Shown here piece by piece: positions 62,690 through 64,000 of a stretch of DNA of 64,000 nt. Origin of the DNA: Eledone cirrhosa (taxonomy: Eukaryota); assembly GCA_964016885.1 (NCBI GenBank), contig OZ024743.1, positions 8,866,001-8,930,000 on the forward strand, written 5' to 3'. How positions within the stretch are numbered: the first letter of the stretch is position 1; every line of letters begins with the position of its first letter. A model generated the notes under the pieces. That model was not told where the DNA came from. It made no database searches and saw nothing but the letters and a program-made list of their open reading frames with translations. The position numbers and the translations under genes were made by a program.

Positions 62690-64000
62690 ATATATGAGAG
62701 AGAGATTGTATGGATGCTGGGACAAATTAATGTAACAAATGAAGCAAAAAAGGACACTTCTCAAATATATTTCTTTTGTTTTAACTTGATGCAATTGTTT
62801 CTAAGGGAATCTTAAGAAAATTTGGTTACATTTGTTTTTCATGTTCTTCATCAGTAAATGTTGATTTTAAATTATTTGAATGGAATGTAGACTGTGATTT
62901 CGAAGTTTTATTGAAATGAACTATTTCTTTTGATTTAGTTGTGTCTCAAGTTAGGTTCCACCTTAGTGGATTTAATGTTGCCTCAAGTTAGTTTTCATAC
63001 TATAGAATTTTGAATTTGTTCTAGAATCTTGCAAGCCAATTTTTTTTTCTCAAATTAATGGAAACATTTTGATTGGGTGCTACTTGCTGTAATGCTATAA
63101 TTTGATTGTTGGGGCAAGTTTGTTAACGTAATTTGAAACAATGTTGTAAAGCTGGAGGATAGACATTTGTATGAACTATGTAAAGCAAAAAATTGATAAG
63201 GTAAAAAATATATACATAAATAGCAATCTGCTAAAACATTGGGAAGTTTACTTTATGAAGCAAGTCATACTTTAACTCTTAGTGCAACTTTATCAGAACT
63301 AATTCAAGTATATTAAACTTTGTTTGCTGAGCTGATTAGTTGTCTGATTACTGAGCATAGGGTTGATTTGACTCAACATGTTACAAGTACTGCATTGGTC
63401 AATACACTAAACTTTTGCAGTTCTACCTCCTTAAATATAAATAAGTATCATTTATAATCACATTTCTCTAAGGTAATGAGTGAGAGCTCTTTGTAATTAA
63501 ACACTGTTTAACAGGTTTGTTGTGCTGCGTTGAAGCCTTCTCTAAGCTAGGAGAAAGTAATTTGAAGTGATTCTAAAGCACATTTTTAGATTACTGCAGC
63601 CAGGCATGGCGTCTACATGTGATAGCTGGTGTACAACAGTTCATTTTATATTTAATTCATCATGCATATGCCTCCATCACTAAAATTCCACGTTGATAAC
63701 TATATTGTAATTTGTATAATATAATTTTAACGTTACAATATACTAACAGAAAATACTGGGAGATTTTCTGTTAGTATAATGTGTGAATGTGTATACAACT
63801 ATGAAAAATAAAAACTATATTTTTGATGTGTTAATGGTATGAACTCACATTGTCATATTTTATTTAACTTGATGCAAAAATAAATACATAAAATAGAATA
63901 AGAAAACATTACAGCAATACAATGGGAGGAAACATAATAATAATATCACTGATGTCACAAGTGTGTGACAAAAGAACTCTGAGAGACTATTTATATCTAT

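Overview
AT-rich, repeat-rich animal genomic DNA, most likely an octopus or other coleoid cephalopod; this is inferred from the tRNA/CORE-type SINEs, RTE LINEs with (TGA)n tails and (TA)n microsatellites. Almost the whole window is one + strand, 5'-incomplete gene: a strawberry-notch (SBNO/Sno) family SF2 helicase-like protein. I traced 31 GT-AG exons with consistent phases from 1 to the stop at 62396 (about 1174 aa in the window). It is a divergent Sno paralogue that lacks the long acidic insert of SBNO1/2 and ends in NLS + PIP-box-like + UBZ-type zinc finger motifs, an arrangement typical of DNA-damage-tolerance proteins. Introns contain RTE and CR1 LINE fragments, SINEs, piggyBac-like (TTAA) and Tc1/mariner-like MITEs, and a 49-bp VNTR. 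The 18.4-kb intron (41668-60118) contains a ~9.2-kb block with no recognisable transposons. On the minus strand it is bounded by a splice acceptor (59365) and an AATAAA (50190-50195), and it carries 9 miR-137 seed sites within 4 kb. It is probably the very long 3' terminal exon of a convergent antisense gene or lncRNA. All calls were made by eye, without database searches.
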